A stretch of 64,000 nt of DNA from the human T2T-CHM13v2.0 reference genome, Homo sapiens, in assembly GCF_009914755.1 (NCBI RefSeq), contig NC_060928.1. One strand, given 5' to 3'. Positions 13,110 through 25,385 of this stretch are shown piece by piece. Numbering within the stretch: position 1 is the stretch's first letter; every line of letters starts with the position of its first letter. Made by a program: the position numbers and the translations under genes. The notes under the pieces were generated by a model. The model was not told the DNA's origin. It did no database searches and was given only the letters and a program-made list of their open reading frames with translations.

Positions 13110-13375
13110 TATTTTTAAACATATTATTTTCCATATTTAGACTCACACAAAGTTACAAAAATAACGCAAATATTCCCTTATACCCTTAACTTAGATTTCC
13201 TCAATAACTTCTTATATAAACATGGTACACTGTAAAAATCAGGAAATTGACATTAGTATAGTACTACTAAATAAACTATAGACATTATCTAAACTTTACG
13301 TTTTTTACATGCACTCATTGTTTTGTTGTTACTGTTGTTAGTTTTGGTTTTATCTTTTTTGTTTTTTATGTGCAG
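13110..13375 (-). mobile_element. L1MC-type 3' UTR fragment, antisense
   Basis: tttagactcacacaaagttacaaaaata...aaatcaggaaattgacattagtatagtactactaaataaactatagac. Confidence 0.7.
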
Positions 13376-14780
13376 AGCCTGGGTTACAAGCCATGTTGAA
13401 CATTCCAGCTAAGCAGAACAAACAACAACACAAACAAAAACAAACAAACAAAACAGCAATTAGGCAGCAATCCACTCCCCGCTAACTAGAAAGTTGGTAA
13501 AGGATTATGAAGAAAAGTGAGGGATTCTGAGAATACCCCTGAGTGACCCATGCGGGAAACTGTCCAAAGTCAACAAAACACATGCTTTGATTGATGGTGT
13601 GGAACAATGTCAAGTTGTAAATTGGCCTCTGGTTAACACACCAATGGGATAGATCGAAATAATATCTCAAGACTTTGAAAGCTAAGTTTACATGTGAATC
13701 GTATCCCCCAAAATCTAAATAGGATGCATTCTGAACCTACACAGTTTGACTGCCCACAAAAACGAGAAGAGTTAATATGATCCAGACTCTTATAAAATAA
13801 TAACTACCAAGATGCAATCCAACACTAATCATCATACCAATAATGAAGAAAATCTCAATTTATGACAGCAGATAATCAACAGACACCAGTGGCAAGATGC
13901 CATATTGCTGAAATTATCTCATGAGTATTTTAAAGCTCATTCTTTAAAATGCTCCAATGAGCAATTAGTAACACTCAGATTAAATTAAAAAATAGAAGAT
14001 CTCAGCAAAGAAACAGAACATACATATATCTTCTAAACAGATTTTAAAAGCACTGCAATGACGTTTTAGAAGTGAAAAATACAAAACCAAGACAAACCCC
14101 CAAAACCTAAAAAACACCTCATTGGCAGAGATCAAGAGCATAATGGAAGTGACAGAAAAAAAATTAGTGAACTTGAAGATATGTCAAAAAACTTATTCAA
14201 TACAAACAGTAAAGATAGATTTAAAGACATGAATGGAACTATGTTCCAAATGACTCGTGGGTCAACAACAACAACAGCAACAAAAAGATTGAACATTTGT
14301 GTCATCAGTGTTCTAAAAGAGAAAAAGAAAAAGTAAACAGATAAAAAAATTGATGAAATAACAACTGAAAACACCCCACATTTGTAAAAGACATAACTAT
14401 CCACATAGAAATAGCTCAGTAAAATTCAAGCAAGATAAACCAAAATAAATCAATAACCAGACACATGACAATCAAATTTCTGTAAACTAAAAACAAAAAA
14501 AATTGATAGCAAACAGACAGAAAAATACATAATCCGTACGGTAACAAGAACTTCAATGACAAGAAACAAATATAGTTGAGAGACAATAACATTTTTCAAA
14601 TGCTTAAAAGAAAAGGATGGCCAACCCATAAATCTGTATTCAGTGAAAATATTCTTAATGCATAAAGTTGAAATAAACATTTTGCTATATAAAAAACTAA
14701 GAAAATTTGTTGCCAGTAGAACTACTTTACAGTAATTTCTAATGGAATTTCTTCTAACATAAAAAAAATATAAAATGTAG
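13376..14780 (+). mobile_element. Old L1M 5' UTR/ORF1 remnant
   Basis: ORF1 landmarks: tctcagcaaagaaacagaa, ttttagaagtgaaaaatac, attagtgaacttgaagata, gaaataacaactgaaaac, cagacacatgacaatcaaatttctg, aaactaagaaaatttgttgccagtaga. Confidence 0.75.
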
Positions 14781-14794
14781 AATATATACATGTC

Positions 14795-15098
<304 letters not shown>

Positions 15099-15249
15099 CA
15101 TACATGTCTTTTAATAATATAAAATTTAATTATTAATTATATTAAGACACTACCAACTGGTTTCTGGTTGAGCTATGAAATTATTAGTTCAGATATTCTG
15201 AACTTCTTCTAATCCAAGAAATAAACATATTTGTATTAAGTTTCTGGCC

Positions 15250-15545
15250 ATTTATGCATGCTGTGAGCTCTGTAGTTTACAGAATTAATTCCTACTTATC
15301 CTTCAGGTATCAGTTAAAATATTTTTCTCTGGTTCTATTTCTCAAAGTCCCTCAGAGAGTTTATAAGTGTTTTCTGCATATGCTACTGCTGTATGACATT
15401 TCTCCTATCACAATGCTTATCATAACTTAGGTTATTGATTTACTATAAGCTGTCTTAAGAGAAGTTGTGACTCTATTTTTCACCATTATATTCCCACCAA
15501 CTAGCAGACTATCCGACCCATAATAAGCACTTGAGAAAATTAAAC
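15250..15545 (+). mobile_element. L2 fragment
   Basis: aattcctacttatccttcaggtatcagttaaaat...cataataagcacttgag. Confidence 0.5.
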
Positions 15546-15689
15546 ATTGAGCATATAATGAGTGTTTCTTCATTAAATCTCTATTAAAAACAAGTAAATG
15601 CATGACTTTAAAAATCATGTTTTTAAATTATCTTATTCTGGAATTATCAAATCACTAATTTTTAAGTAAAAAAAGACTAATATTTAATG

Positions 15690-15845
15690 TATTGCATAGA
15701 CTAGCTCATTGAAGTCTCACAAGCATTTATGAAATCAACACTATTATTTTTTCTATGTATTTGTAAAGGAGGAAACTGAGCCACAGGGAGGTTAAACCAC
15801 TCTGCTCGGAAAAGGCTGGTAAGCAACTGGGTTCGGATTTAAATA
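15690..15845 (-). mobile_element. MIR
   Basis: Antisense MIR core gaggaaactgagccacagggaggttaa. Confidence 0.7.
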
Positions 15846-16219
15846 AATGATATTTTAAAGGGCAGTTCAACAACATATTTTACAATTCCTAATTTTTATT
15901 ACAAACTTTAAAAAGATTATTTCTAAAAAATTTATTTCTTGCCTGACATTTTCATAATTGATTTATTTTTTTGCATGGTTCATTACCCCAAGGTAATATA
16001 ATATATTGTTGTAGGTAAGTCTAGAATTGTTGTCATACATGTGTGAGGCTTCACCTCCTTTTTAAGCTTTACCAAAAATATCCAATCAGATGGTGACATT
16101 CGAATACTTTTGGAAGTGTCAAGATTAGACAGGAAGTGTGACTTGAATAATCTTTATTCTTTGCACATATTCAAGCCATTGTATAAAGGTTTGCTTTTAA
16201 ATAATCAAAATGCATAAAA

Positions 16220-16370
16220 ATAATAGCTAATAATAGTTCAATTTTCATTGTTTGCCACATACTCTTCAGAGCAATTAATATATTATCAAAGTCGTGTGTG
16301 AGATACTGCTGGTATTTCTATTTAATGGAAGAGAAACTGAGGCCCAGACAGATAATTAAACCTGGTAAAT
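16220..16370 (-). mobile_element. MIR
   Basis: gagaaactgaggcccagacagataattaa core. Confidence 0.55.
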
Positions 16371-16389
16371 ATTACATATTTGCACATAT

Positions 16390-16960
16390 GCATAGGTTTC
16401 CTAAATTTAGATATTTCAAAGAACTCATCAAACTCCACAGAGCAAACTCATAAAAGCTTTTACTTAAAGGTACTGATTACAATACAGAATATGAAAGCAG
16501 GCAGGCAAGTATTAGGGATATGAGAAACATACAGACACAGTCTTCCTAGGGTCCTGATGCACACAGGGGCATGCTTTGAATCATGATTAAACCAACGAGA
16601 CCTGTGTCCTGAATCTTGGCTTCAGGATAGCTCAAGGCAGAAGTTACAGTGGTATCTAATTTTATGTCCCTTTGGTCAGTTGGTCAAGCCAGGCCATCAT
16701 GCTGCTAAGGCCAGGTGAAAACCATCAGTAAACAAACCAGTTCTGTGTGTCATAGATGGAGTTTTGGAGTTGAAACAGCACACCCTTAAATTCCACTGCC
16801 TTTCTATTAGCCAAGAGTCAAAGTTGGATGTGAAGGCACCACATGGGTAAGGCTGGAGTTTTCCAGGCCCAGCTGTAAATGAACTGGATCCTACATCATG
16901 TTGGAGCCTGGATTTTAACCCCAACCCTGTGGGGTTAAAGAGATTATGCACTTAAAACAA
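16390..16960 (-). mobile_element. MER77/MER21-group ERVL LTR
   Basis: ggtttccta...aactc...tactgattacaatacagaata...cttcctagggtcc...cacacaggggcatgcttt resembles the antisense MER21/77 LTR. Confidence 0.5.
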
Positions 16961-17185
16961 TGCAGTTGATGTCATAGGGTAAATTTACTATTTCTTTGGC
17001 CCAATATCCCTTATTAAAGATGAAAAGCCAGGCCTCACAGTGGTAAACCTATGCTAATAATGTTGATAATACATCAATTGGTCATAATTTTAATAGCTGA
17101 TATTTACCTTATTATAATATAAAGTTGGTAATTTTGTAAGCATTCTCATTTTATAAGCAAAGGAACTGAGGCTTAGAGATGGTGT

Positions 17186-17187
17186 AT

Positions 17188-17219
<32 letters not shown>

Positions 17220-17233
17220 GTATACACACACAC
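17186..17233. repeat. (CA)n/(TA)n microsatellite next to a minus-strand MIR core
   Basis: Directly visible; MIR core ggaactgaggcttagaga just upstream. Confidence 0.9.
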
Positions 17234-17349
17234 CATTTTTGGAAGTGCCATTCATCTATTTTTCCATCTATCTATCCTACTGCACTATTTATGAGTTTAT
17301 AGTCTGCAGCTAGACTATATTTGAATTGGGATTGACATAAATACAGCAG

Positions 17350-17435
17350 AGTTCTCTTTGTGAGGATTAAATTAGTTGATACATGTACAGCTCCTAGAAC
17401 AGTGTCAGGCATACAGTAAACATAATATTAGCATT
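17350..17435 (+). mobile_element. MIR 3' part
   Basis: ttgtgaggattaaattagttgatacatgtacagctcctagaacagtgtcaggcatacagtaaac. Confidence 0.8.
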
Positions 17436-17444
17436 TCCTATTGT

Positions 17445-19200
17445 TACTCATTCAGTAAGTGTTTATTGAGTGTTCAGATCTGTTCTATACATGGGGGATA
17501 CCTTAGTGAACAAATTAAATAAAGTCAAGGCTCTAAGGGAGTTTGCATTCTAGTGGAAGAAGACAGATAACACATAAGCAAATAGATGTGTACTCCATAT
17601 AACAAGAGATAATACAATCAAGAAAAATTAAGCAGAGAAATGTTTTAGAGAGTGATAAATAAATGGGCCTTCTGTTTGCTACCGAAGATTTGAGGAAAGA
17701 CCTAATTAAAATGAGGAGAGACAGATGCAGATATCTGTAAAACAACATTCATGGCAGAAAGCAGAAAATGTAAAGGTCCTGAGGCAGGCATTTGTTTGTA
17801 TAGTGTAAGAAACATCAAAAGAAACTACCATCAGAGTGAATGGGAGAATTCACTACAGAATGGGAGAATTCAACCTACAGAATGGGAGAACATTTTTGCA
17901 ATTTACTCATCTGACAAAGGGCTAATATCCAGAATGTACAAAGAACTCAAACAAATTCACAAGAAAAAAACAACCCCATCAAAAAGTGGGCAAAGGACAT
18001 GAACAGACACTTGTCAAAAGAAGACATTTATGCAGCCAACAGACACATGAAACAATGCTCATCATCACTAGCCACCAGAGAAATGAAAATCAAAATCACA
18101 ATAAGATACCATCTCACACCAGTTAGAATGGCGATCGTTACAAAGTCAGGAAAAAACAGGTGCTGGAGAGGATGTGGAGAAATCGGAACACTTTTACACT
18201 GTTGGTGGGACTGTAAACTGGTTCAACCCCCCCTTGTGGAAGACAGTGTGGCAATTCCTCAAGGATCTAGAACTAGAAATATCATTTGACCCAGCCATCC
18301 CATTACTGGCTATATACCCATAGGATTATAAATCATGCTGCTATAAAGACACATGTGCACATATGTTTATTGCAGCACTATTCACACTATTCACAATAGC
18401 AAAGACTTGGAACCAACCCAAATGTCCATCAATGATAGATTGGATTAAGAAAATGTGGCACATATACACCATGGAATACTACGCAGCCATAAAAAATGAT
18501 GAGTTCATGTCCTTTGTAGGGACATGGATGAAGCTGCAAACCATCATTCTCAGCAAACTATCGGAGGGACAAAAAACCAAACACCGCATGTTCTCACTCA
18601 TAGGTGGAAATTGAACAATGAGAACACTTGGACACAGGAAGGGGAACATCACACACTAGGGCCTGTCATGGGGTAGAGGGGAGTGGGGAGGGATAGCAAT
18701 AGGAGATATACCTAATGTAAATGATGAGTTAATGGGTGCAGCACACCAACATGTCAAATGTATACATATGTAACAAACCTGCACGTTGTGCACATGTACA
18801 GTAGAACTTAAAGTATAATAATAAGAAAAAAAGAAAGAAAGAAACAGCAAAGGAGGGCAGTGTGGTTGATACAGTAGAAAAGAAAAAAGTGAGTAGCAGA
18901 AGGCTAGATTATTAAGGTAACAAAGAAGAGTTTTGGGAGGAACCTCCCCATAATGTAGAATCTGTACACTGTAATGACTTTTGACTTTATTAAAAATGTG
19001 ATGGGAAGCTACTAGAGTGTTGAAGGTAGATTAAAAATAAAAAGTAAGTTACTCTTTTAAAATATTTTATGAACTCCTATGTGGAAAGCAGACTGGGTGT
19101 GTGAAAGGTGGCACGGAGGAAAGGAGACAATGAGAGGAGAGCTGAAAATTACTCAGAAAAGGGCAGTAGATTGATGAAGAGTGAGCAATCTATAATTGGG
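17445..19200 (-). mobile_element. L2 (antisense) split by the L1PA4/5 insertion
   Basis: cattcagtaagtgtttattgagtg...ggagtttgcattctagtgg...aaaggtcctgaggcagg, resuming after 18845 with ggcagtgtggttg...gatgggaagctactagag. Confidence 0.75.
17813..18845 (+). mobile_element. 5'-truncated L1PA4/5-like element (end of ORF2, 3' UTR, A-tail)
   Basis: ORF fragments [17 protein letters not shown] and WNQPKCPSMIDWIKKMWHIYTMEYYAAIK; 3' UTR cctaatgtaaatgatgagttaatgggtgcagcacaccaac; TSD aagaaaca(t/g)caaa. Confidence 0.93.
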
Positions 19201-19439
19201 GATATTTGCAAGATAAAACCAGGATTTAATCTGGGCCTGCTTAACTGCAAATCCCCTAAGTCTATGACCAGACATGAAACAAATATCTTTGTAGACTAAC
19301 TCCCAAGGTTCCAAGGTATATCTAAATCACATCACTGCTTCTGCAACTGAAGAAGGACACTATTATACTAATCCTTTTTCACCACCATGCCCTGGAGCTT
19401 GTGTTCCCTCCCAGGGTTGCAAGTTATTTGCATTCTTCC

Positions 19440-19735
19440 TCTAGAAAAATCATTCCCATTCCCTGAATTATCATCTGTACACAGAAGCATTCCAAATCTG
19501 TAACACCATCTAAAATCCTTCTAACAATCTCTTGGACTGTTTACAGCTTTGTGGAAAAAAATGACTGCTATTCTTCAAGCATAGCAAACTCAAAGTTAAA
19601 CTCAATATTCAACACTCCTCTCCGCTGCTTCACTCCCCCTAAATATGCTTATAATCCAACACACATCTCACTCTCAAAATTAAATTTATGCTTCCTCTAC
19701 TCTGGTTTCTATCTCAATGAATGACAACTTTTTGA
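19440..19735 (+). mobile_element. L2 fragment
   Basis: tatcatctgtacacagaagcattccaaatctgta...aaactcaa...ctatctcaatgaatgacaac. Confidence 0.5.
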
Positions 19736-20494
19736 AAACAGATACGAAGGCACATTGAAAACTAGAGATGAAAAGGTGATTTTCAACAATCAGTGGTGGC
19801 TGGCTGGATTAGAAAATGAAAAAGCACAATGTAGTTTCTCTCTCTATCTTTCATACACACATAAACACACATAATTGGAGCTCAGTTTAATAACTCAAAC
19901 CTACCTTCAATCAAAGTGAAAATATATTGAGGGTTAGAAGTGTATCAGAATAAGTTTTTAGCATTCTAAATGTTAAGTAAAATCCCACAAAACATTCCAC
20001 ATTACAATAGGGCGTACAATTTTTTAAAGTTGTAATTAGTCATATATTTTATTAGAGAAGTGTCTCTTTCTTCAAAAGACAATAAGTACCTTGGATAAGA
20101 GTGAAACTTAGAATTTACATGGAGGATATTAAGACTACTCACCCTGGGTAGAAATCTCCTCCAAAGCAACACTCGACAGTCTTCCAGACTGCTTGATCGT
20201 ATTCAACAATGTAGTAATCATGAACCCTTACTGTAGTTAGTGTACTTTTTAAAACTCTAATCATTGGATCATTCTCTATCTCTTATTAAAGAAGAAGTTG
20301 TGGAGATATTTGATCAGCGATATATAATGAAATTCAAATGACTTAGTACACTACTCAAATATCTTTACAAACTGAATCCAAATAGCTGATGTAACTACTT
20401 GTTTGCTCTTTAAACAAATCCAGTATACTTTCACAAGCATAACCATGGCAAATGTCCCCAAACCAACTTCACATTCTTTCTTTCTTTTTATCCT

Positions 20495-20660
20495 GGAATG
20501 AGGACAAGTTTTCATCCTCACTGTAGCTCAGTCTCTTCTTCTGTAATTAAAAATATTGTGATCACAGGTCTATCTCATAATCGTGTAAGATTCTTAAATG
20601 ATTTAATATACATAAAGTGCTTAGGACAATGCCGAGGACAGCAATCAATGTCTGTTATAC
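20495..20660 (+). mobile_element. MIR
   Basis: ctcagtctcttcttctgtaa...tgtaagattcttaaatgatttaatatacataaagtgcttaggacaatgcc. Confidence 0.75.
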
Positions 20661-21054
20661 ATTATTATTGTCAATGTTGTTGTTATTTTCTTATTAATAT
20701 TATAATTTCTCACTTCATCATTGGTTACTTGTAATTCTAGCTCATTTCTTTGACTTATACTGGCCATATATTCCCTTGGTTTGGAGTCCTTTTGGGCATT
20801 TGCCATCCTAATTTGATTTTTGGGATACCCTGGAGAGTGTCTCCTGGTTTTTGCCTTTGGCTTCACAGGCAAAGAAACCACATGTGAAAACCACCTATGA
20901 ATTGCATAGGCTGAACTGGCCCTCATTCTTCCACACCTTGGCATTCAAAGCCACAGGATGTTCCTAGAGCCATACTTGCTACAGGGATTTCAAAATGCTG
21001 AAGATCCATACTGTGATAATTGAGTTCTAACAACTGATTTTTTTTCACTTCCAG

Positions 21055-21157
21055 GGTTCACATCAGGTATTAATCCTTGGCATAGAGTGTGAAGCTATGT
21101 AATTCTAATCTCCCATCTCCCATTTTTATGGGATGCTGTCATCACTATTCCTGCTTG
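21055..21157 (+). other. Candidate non-coding exon (103 nt)
   Basis: Branch point ttctaac (21025-31), pyrimidine tract and ccag acceptor, then ttg|gtaagt donor; stop codons in all three frames. Confidence 0.3.
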
Positions 21158-22311
21158 GTAAGTTGTTCAGTATCCTTCCTTTGAGACTACCTGTTTTCTT
21201 TGTTAAAATAACTCTTTAGCAAATCATTAATGTCTAAATTTTCAGAACATTTTAAGAAATGTGCATCTCTACTGGCTGTCAACTGAATCAGTTTTTCTTT
21301 TTTTTTTTCCTGATATTTATTTTTTCCTGAATAGGACAATAGCCCCACTATTTTCTCATGAATCAATACTTTTTTAAAATAAATAAATAAACAAACAAAT
21401 AAGAATTAGAAAAAATGAAATAATAACAGGTATACTCAAGTTACAAACATCATATTTTACTATTAAATTACATTTTTACTGTGAAAGTACATTTCAATAA
21501 AAATGGTAAAAACTTATGATAAAAAATCGTTCATCAAAAAAGAACCTATAGGCCAATCAATATGAAAATGGTTCTTATAACTTTTGATCTTCTACTGTAC
21601 TAAATAAATAAAATGCCATGAGTAAAATGAAATTATTCACAGTTAAAGTGTGTTTGCACATTTTGAATGAACACTATGCATATAAATATTAAAATTCTAT
21701 GTAATGAGCTGTCTTATTTGCTAATTTATCTAATCTAGATGACAATGGTACAGCAGCTGATACTCTATAGCCTGTTTCTATGTTTTATTTTTTCACTACT
21801 TGTAGGATAAACCAATCTGAAAAAGTATATTAATGAAAATAGAAGAAAAACTTGTAAAGCAATTTCAGTAAGCTCAGGAAATTCTTTTTAAACTTTTACC
21901 CAAATTGGAACAAATCATGGAATAGATTCAAAATTTATTTTCAATTTTTCATCAATAGCCAGTACCAACAATTTATCTTATAAACTATAGAAAAAAAATA
22001 AATAATGATTTGTTAAAAACCTATGTTATGAATGTTAAATTACTTTATTTTTATTCTAGATTAAGGAAACTACCTAATGTTACTTTATTGGTTATTTAAC
22101 CATCTTTTATTCTCTAAAAATGTCACATCACTTTCTCTTTGTTTCAGAATTATTGTCACATATGACCCATGGATTCTTACTGTTTTTAATTTATTTCTAA
22201 ATAGCTTTTTAGGAAATAATATCTAATTCAAACTCTAAGAGTAGCAAATTAATCAAGTCACACTTTTACAAATATGCTACAGTATTTGTCTTTTAAATGT
22301 TTCTTTTTTCT

Positions 22312-24597
22312 TGTACTAGTCCATTTTCATGCTGCTGACAAAGACATACCTGAGACTGGGAAGGAAAAGAGGTTTAATGGATTTATGGTTCCACGTGCCT
22401 GGGGAGGCCTTACAATCATGGTGGAAGGTGAAAAGCACATCTCACATGGCAGCAGACAAGAGAAGAGAGATTGTTTGGGGAAATTCCCATTTTTAAAACC
22501 GTCAGATTTCATGAGACTTATTCACTATCATGAGAAGAGCGTGGGAAAAACCTGCTCCCATAATTCAATTACCTCCCACCAAGGTGCTCCCATGACACAT
22601 GGGAATGGTGGGAGTTACAATTCAAGGTGAGATTTGGGTAGGGACACAGCCAAACCATATCAATCTGTGCCTAGACCCTCCCAAATCTCATGTCCTCACG
22701 TTTCAAAACCAATCACGCCTTCCCAACAGTACCCCAAAGTCTTAACTCATTTCAGCCTTAACTCAAAAGTCCACAGTCTGATGTCTCATCTGAAACAAGG
22801 CAAGTCCTTTCTGCCTATGAGCCAGTAAAATAAAAAGCAAGTTAGTTATTTCCTTGATACAATGGGTACAGAGTACAGGAACTGGGTAAATACAGTTGCT
22901 CCAACTGGGAGAAATTGTCCAAAACAGAGAGGCTAGAGACCCCATGCAAGTCTGAAATCCAGTAGGGCAGTAAAATCTTAAACCTCCAAAATGATCTTCT
23001 TTGACTCCATGTTTCACATCCAGGTCATGCTGATGTAAGAGGGAAGTTCCCATGGTCTTGAGCAGCTCTGCTCCTATGGTTTTGCAGGGTATAGACCCCC
23101 CTCCCAGCTGCTTTCACAGGCTGGCATTGAGTGGCTGCAGCTTCTCCAGATGCAGAATGAAAGTTGTCGGTGGATATGCTATTCTGGAGTCTAGAGGATG
23201 GTGGCCCTCTTCTCAACAGCTCCACTAGGGAGTGCCCCAGGAGGGACTCTGTGTGGAGGCTTTGACCCCATATTTTCCTTCTGCACTGCTCTAGCAGAGG
23301 TTCTCAATGAGGGCCTTGCCCTTGCAGCAAACTTATGCCTGGGCATCCAGGCGTTTCCATACATCTTCTGAAATTTAGGTGGATGTTCACACACCCCAAT
23401 TCTTGACTCCTGTGTACTCACAGGCTCACCACCATGTGGAAGCTGCCAAAACTTGGGGTTGCACCCTCTGAAGCCACAGCCTGAGCTCACTTTGGTCCCT
23501 ATCAGCCATGGCTGGAATGTCTGGGATGCAGGGAACCAATTCCCAAGGTTACACCCAGCACTGGGACCCTGGGCTTGGCTCACAAAGCCTTCTTTTCCTC
23601 CTAAACCTCTATGTCTGTGGTGGAAGGGGCTGCCGCAAAGGTCTCTGACATGCCCTGGAGACATTTTCCCTATTGACTTGGGGATTAACATTCAGCTCCT
23701 CATTACTTATGCAAATTTCTGCAGCCAACATGAATTTATCCTCAGAAAATAAGATTTTATTTTCTATCATATTGTCAGGCTGTAAATTTTCCAAACTTTA
23801 TTCTTTAATTTCCTTATAAAACTGAATGCCTTTAACAGCACCCAAATCACCTCTTAACTGCTTTGCTGCTTAGAAATTTCTTCCACCAAATACCCTAAAT
23901 CATCTCTCTCAAGTTCAAATTTCCACAAATATCTAGGGCAGGGGTGAAATGCCACCAGTCTCTTTGCTAAAACATAGCAAGAGTCACCTTTGCTCCAATT
24001 CCCAACAAGTTCCTTAGGTCCATCTGAGACCACCTCAGCCTGGATTTCATTGTCTATATCATTATCAGCATCTTAGTCAAAGCCATTCAACAAGTCTCTA
24101 GAAGCTCCAAATGTAACCCGCATTTTCCCGACTTCTTCTGAGCCCTCCAAACTGTTTCATCCTCTGCCTGTTACCCAGTTCCAAAGTCACTTCCACATTT
24201 TTGGATATCTTTTCAGCAGCGCCACACTCTATTGTACCAATGTACTGTATTAGCTCATTTTCACACTACTGATAAAGACATACCCTAGGGTGAGAAGAAA
24301 AATAGGTTTCATGGACTTACAGCTTCACTTGACTGGGAAAGCCTCACAATTGGAGGCAGAAGGTGAAAGGCAAATCTCACATGGCAGCAGCCAAGAGAAG
24401 AGAGCTTGTGGGGGGAATCTCCTGTTTCTAAAACCACCGGGTCTCATGAGACTTATTCACTGTCAGGAGTACAGCACAGGAAAGACCTGCTCCCATAATT
24501 CAATTACCTCCCACCAAGTTCCTCCCAAGACATGTGGGAATTGTGGGAGTTACAATTCAAGATGAGATTTGGGTGGGAATGCAGCCAAACTATATCA
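22312..24597 (-). mobile_element. Complete THE1B-like MaLR element: LTR 22312-22662, internal 22663-24245, LTR 24246-24597
   Basis: Two similar ~350-bp LTRs (tgta...ccaaac(c/t)atatca) flank ~1.6 kb of THE1 internal sequence; 5-bp TSD tttct/ttcct. Confidence 0.95.
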
Positions 24598-24729
24598 TTC
24601 CTCCAGCTCATTAGTGCTTATAATCATCACTATTTCATTGAACATATTTTAAGATTTTAGTACATTTTATTTACTATTTTATCATGTCTATTACTCTCTT
24701 ATCACTAGATGATATATTAATAATAAACA

Positions 24730-24900
24730 TGAGGGAAAAGACCTTGGAATTATGTTTGCAATGTAGCTCTGCTACTTCCTAGCTATTTCCGACTCCCTGA
24801 GACTGGTGCATTCATAAAAGGGTTAACAGTAACTATATAATAGGAGAGCAATAAGGTTTACATGAGCTAATCCTTTTAGAATGGCTTCTACAAGGCAAGA
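24730..24900 (+). mobile_element. MIR (degraded)
   Basis: agctctgctacttcctagctat...aaggtttacatgagctaat. Confidence 0.5.
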
Positions 24901-25031
24901 ACTGAATAGATCTTCACCAGGTTCTAAGCTCCTCTTGATCAGGGAGGCTATAATATTCAATTATCCATATTCATAATTCCTGGTATATAATGGGTCCTAA
25001 TTAAGGTACTTTTGCAATGTAAGAGAACTAT

Positions 25032-25385
25032 TGTTTTAGTTTTTTATTGCTGTATAGGAAAGTACCATAAATGTAGCAGTTAAAAAAGAAACAAACACAT
25101 GCACATTTTTTACCTCTCCATTATATAGGACAAAAGTCTGAAGATGGCATGGCTGCATTCTTTTCAATGTCTCACAAAGTAAATAGTAAGCTTCAATATC
25201 AAGGCATCTTCTCTGGAGCTTGAGGAAACTATTTCTAACTCACAAGATAGAGGCAGATTTCATTTTTGTGTGTGTGATTTAGTACCGAGATTCCTGCTTA
25301 CTTGCTGCAAGTCAAACATGAGCTAGTCTCAGTTCCTAAAGGTGACTGGTGGTCCCCTATCACATGGCCCATCAATCTTCAAAGT
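25032..25385 (-). mobile_element. MLT1E-like LTR, left part (split by L1)
   Basis: tgttttagttttttattgctgtatagg...cacatggcccatcaatcttcaaag. Confidence 0.7.

Noticed and set aside
17838-17890. Short spaced direct repeats reminiscent of a CRISPR array (also 56808-56877 and 43722-43787)
   Set aside because: Only 2-3 copies, no unique spacers of regular length, no cas genes, and the context is eukaryotic
23191-23691. 166-aa minus-strand ORF
   Set aside because: Lies inside THE1 internal sequence; a decayed MaLR frame
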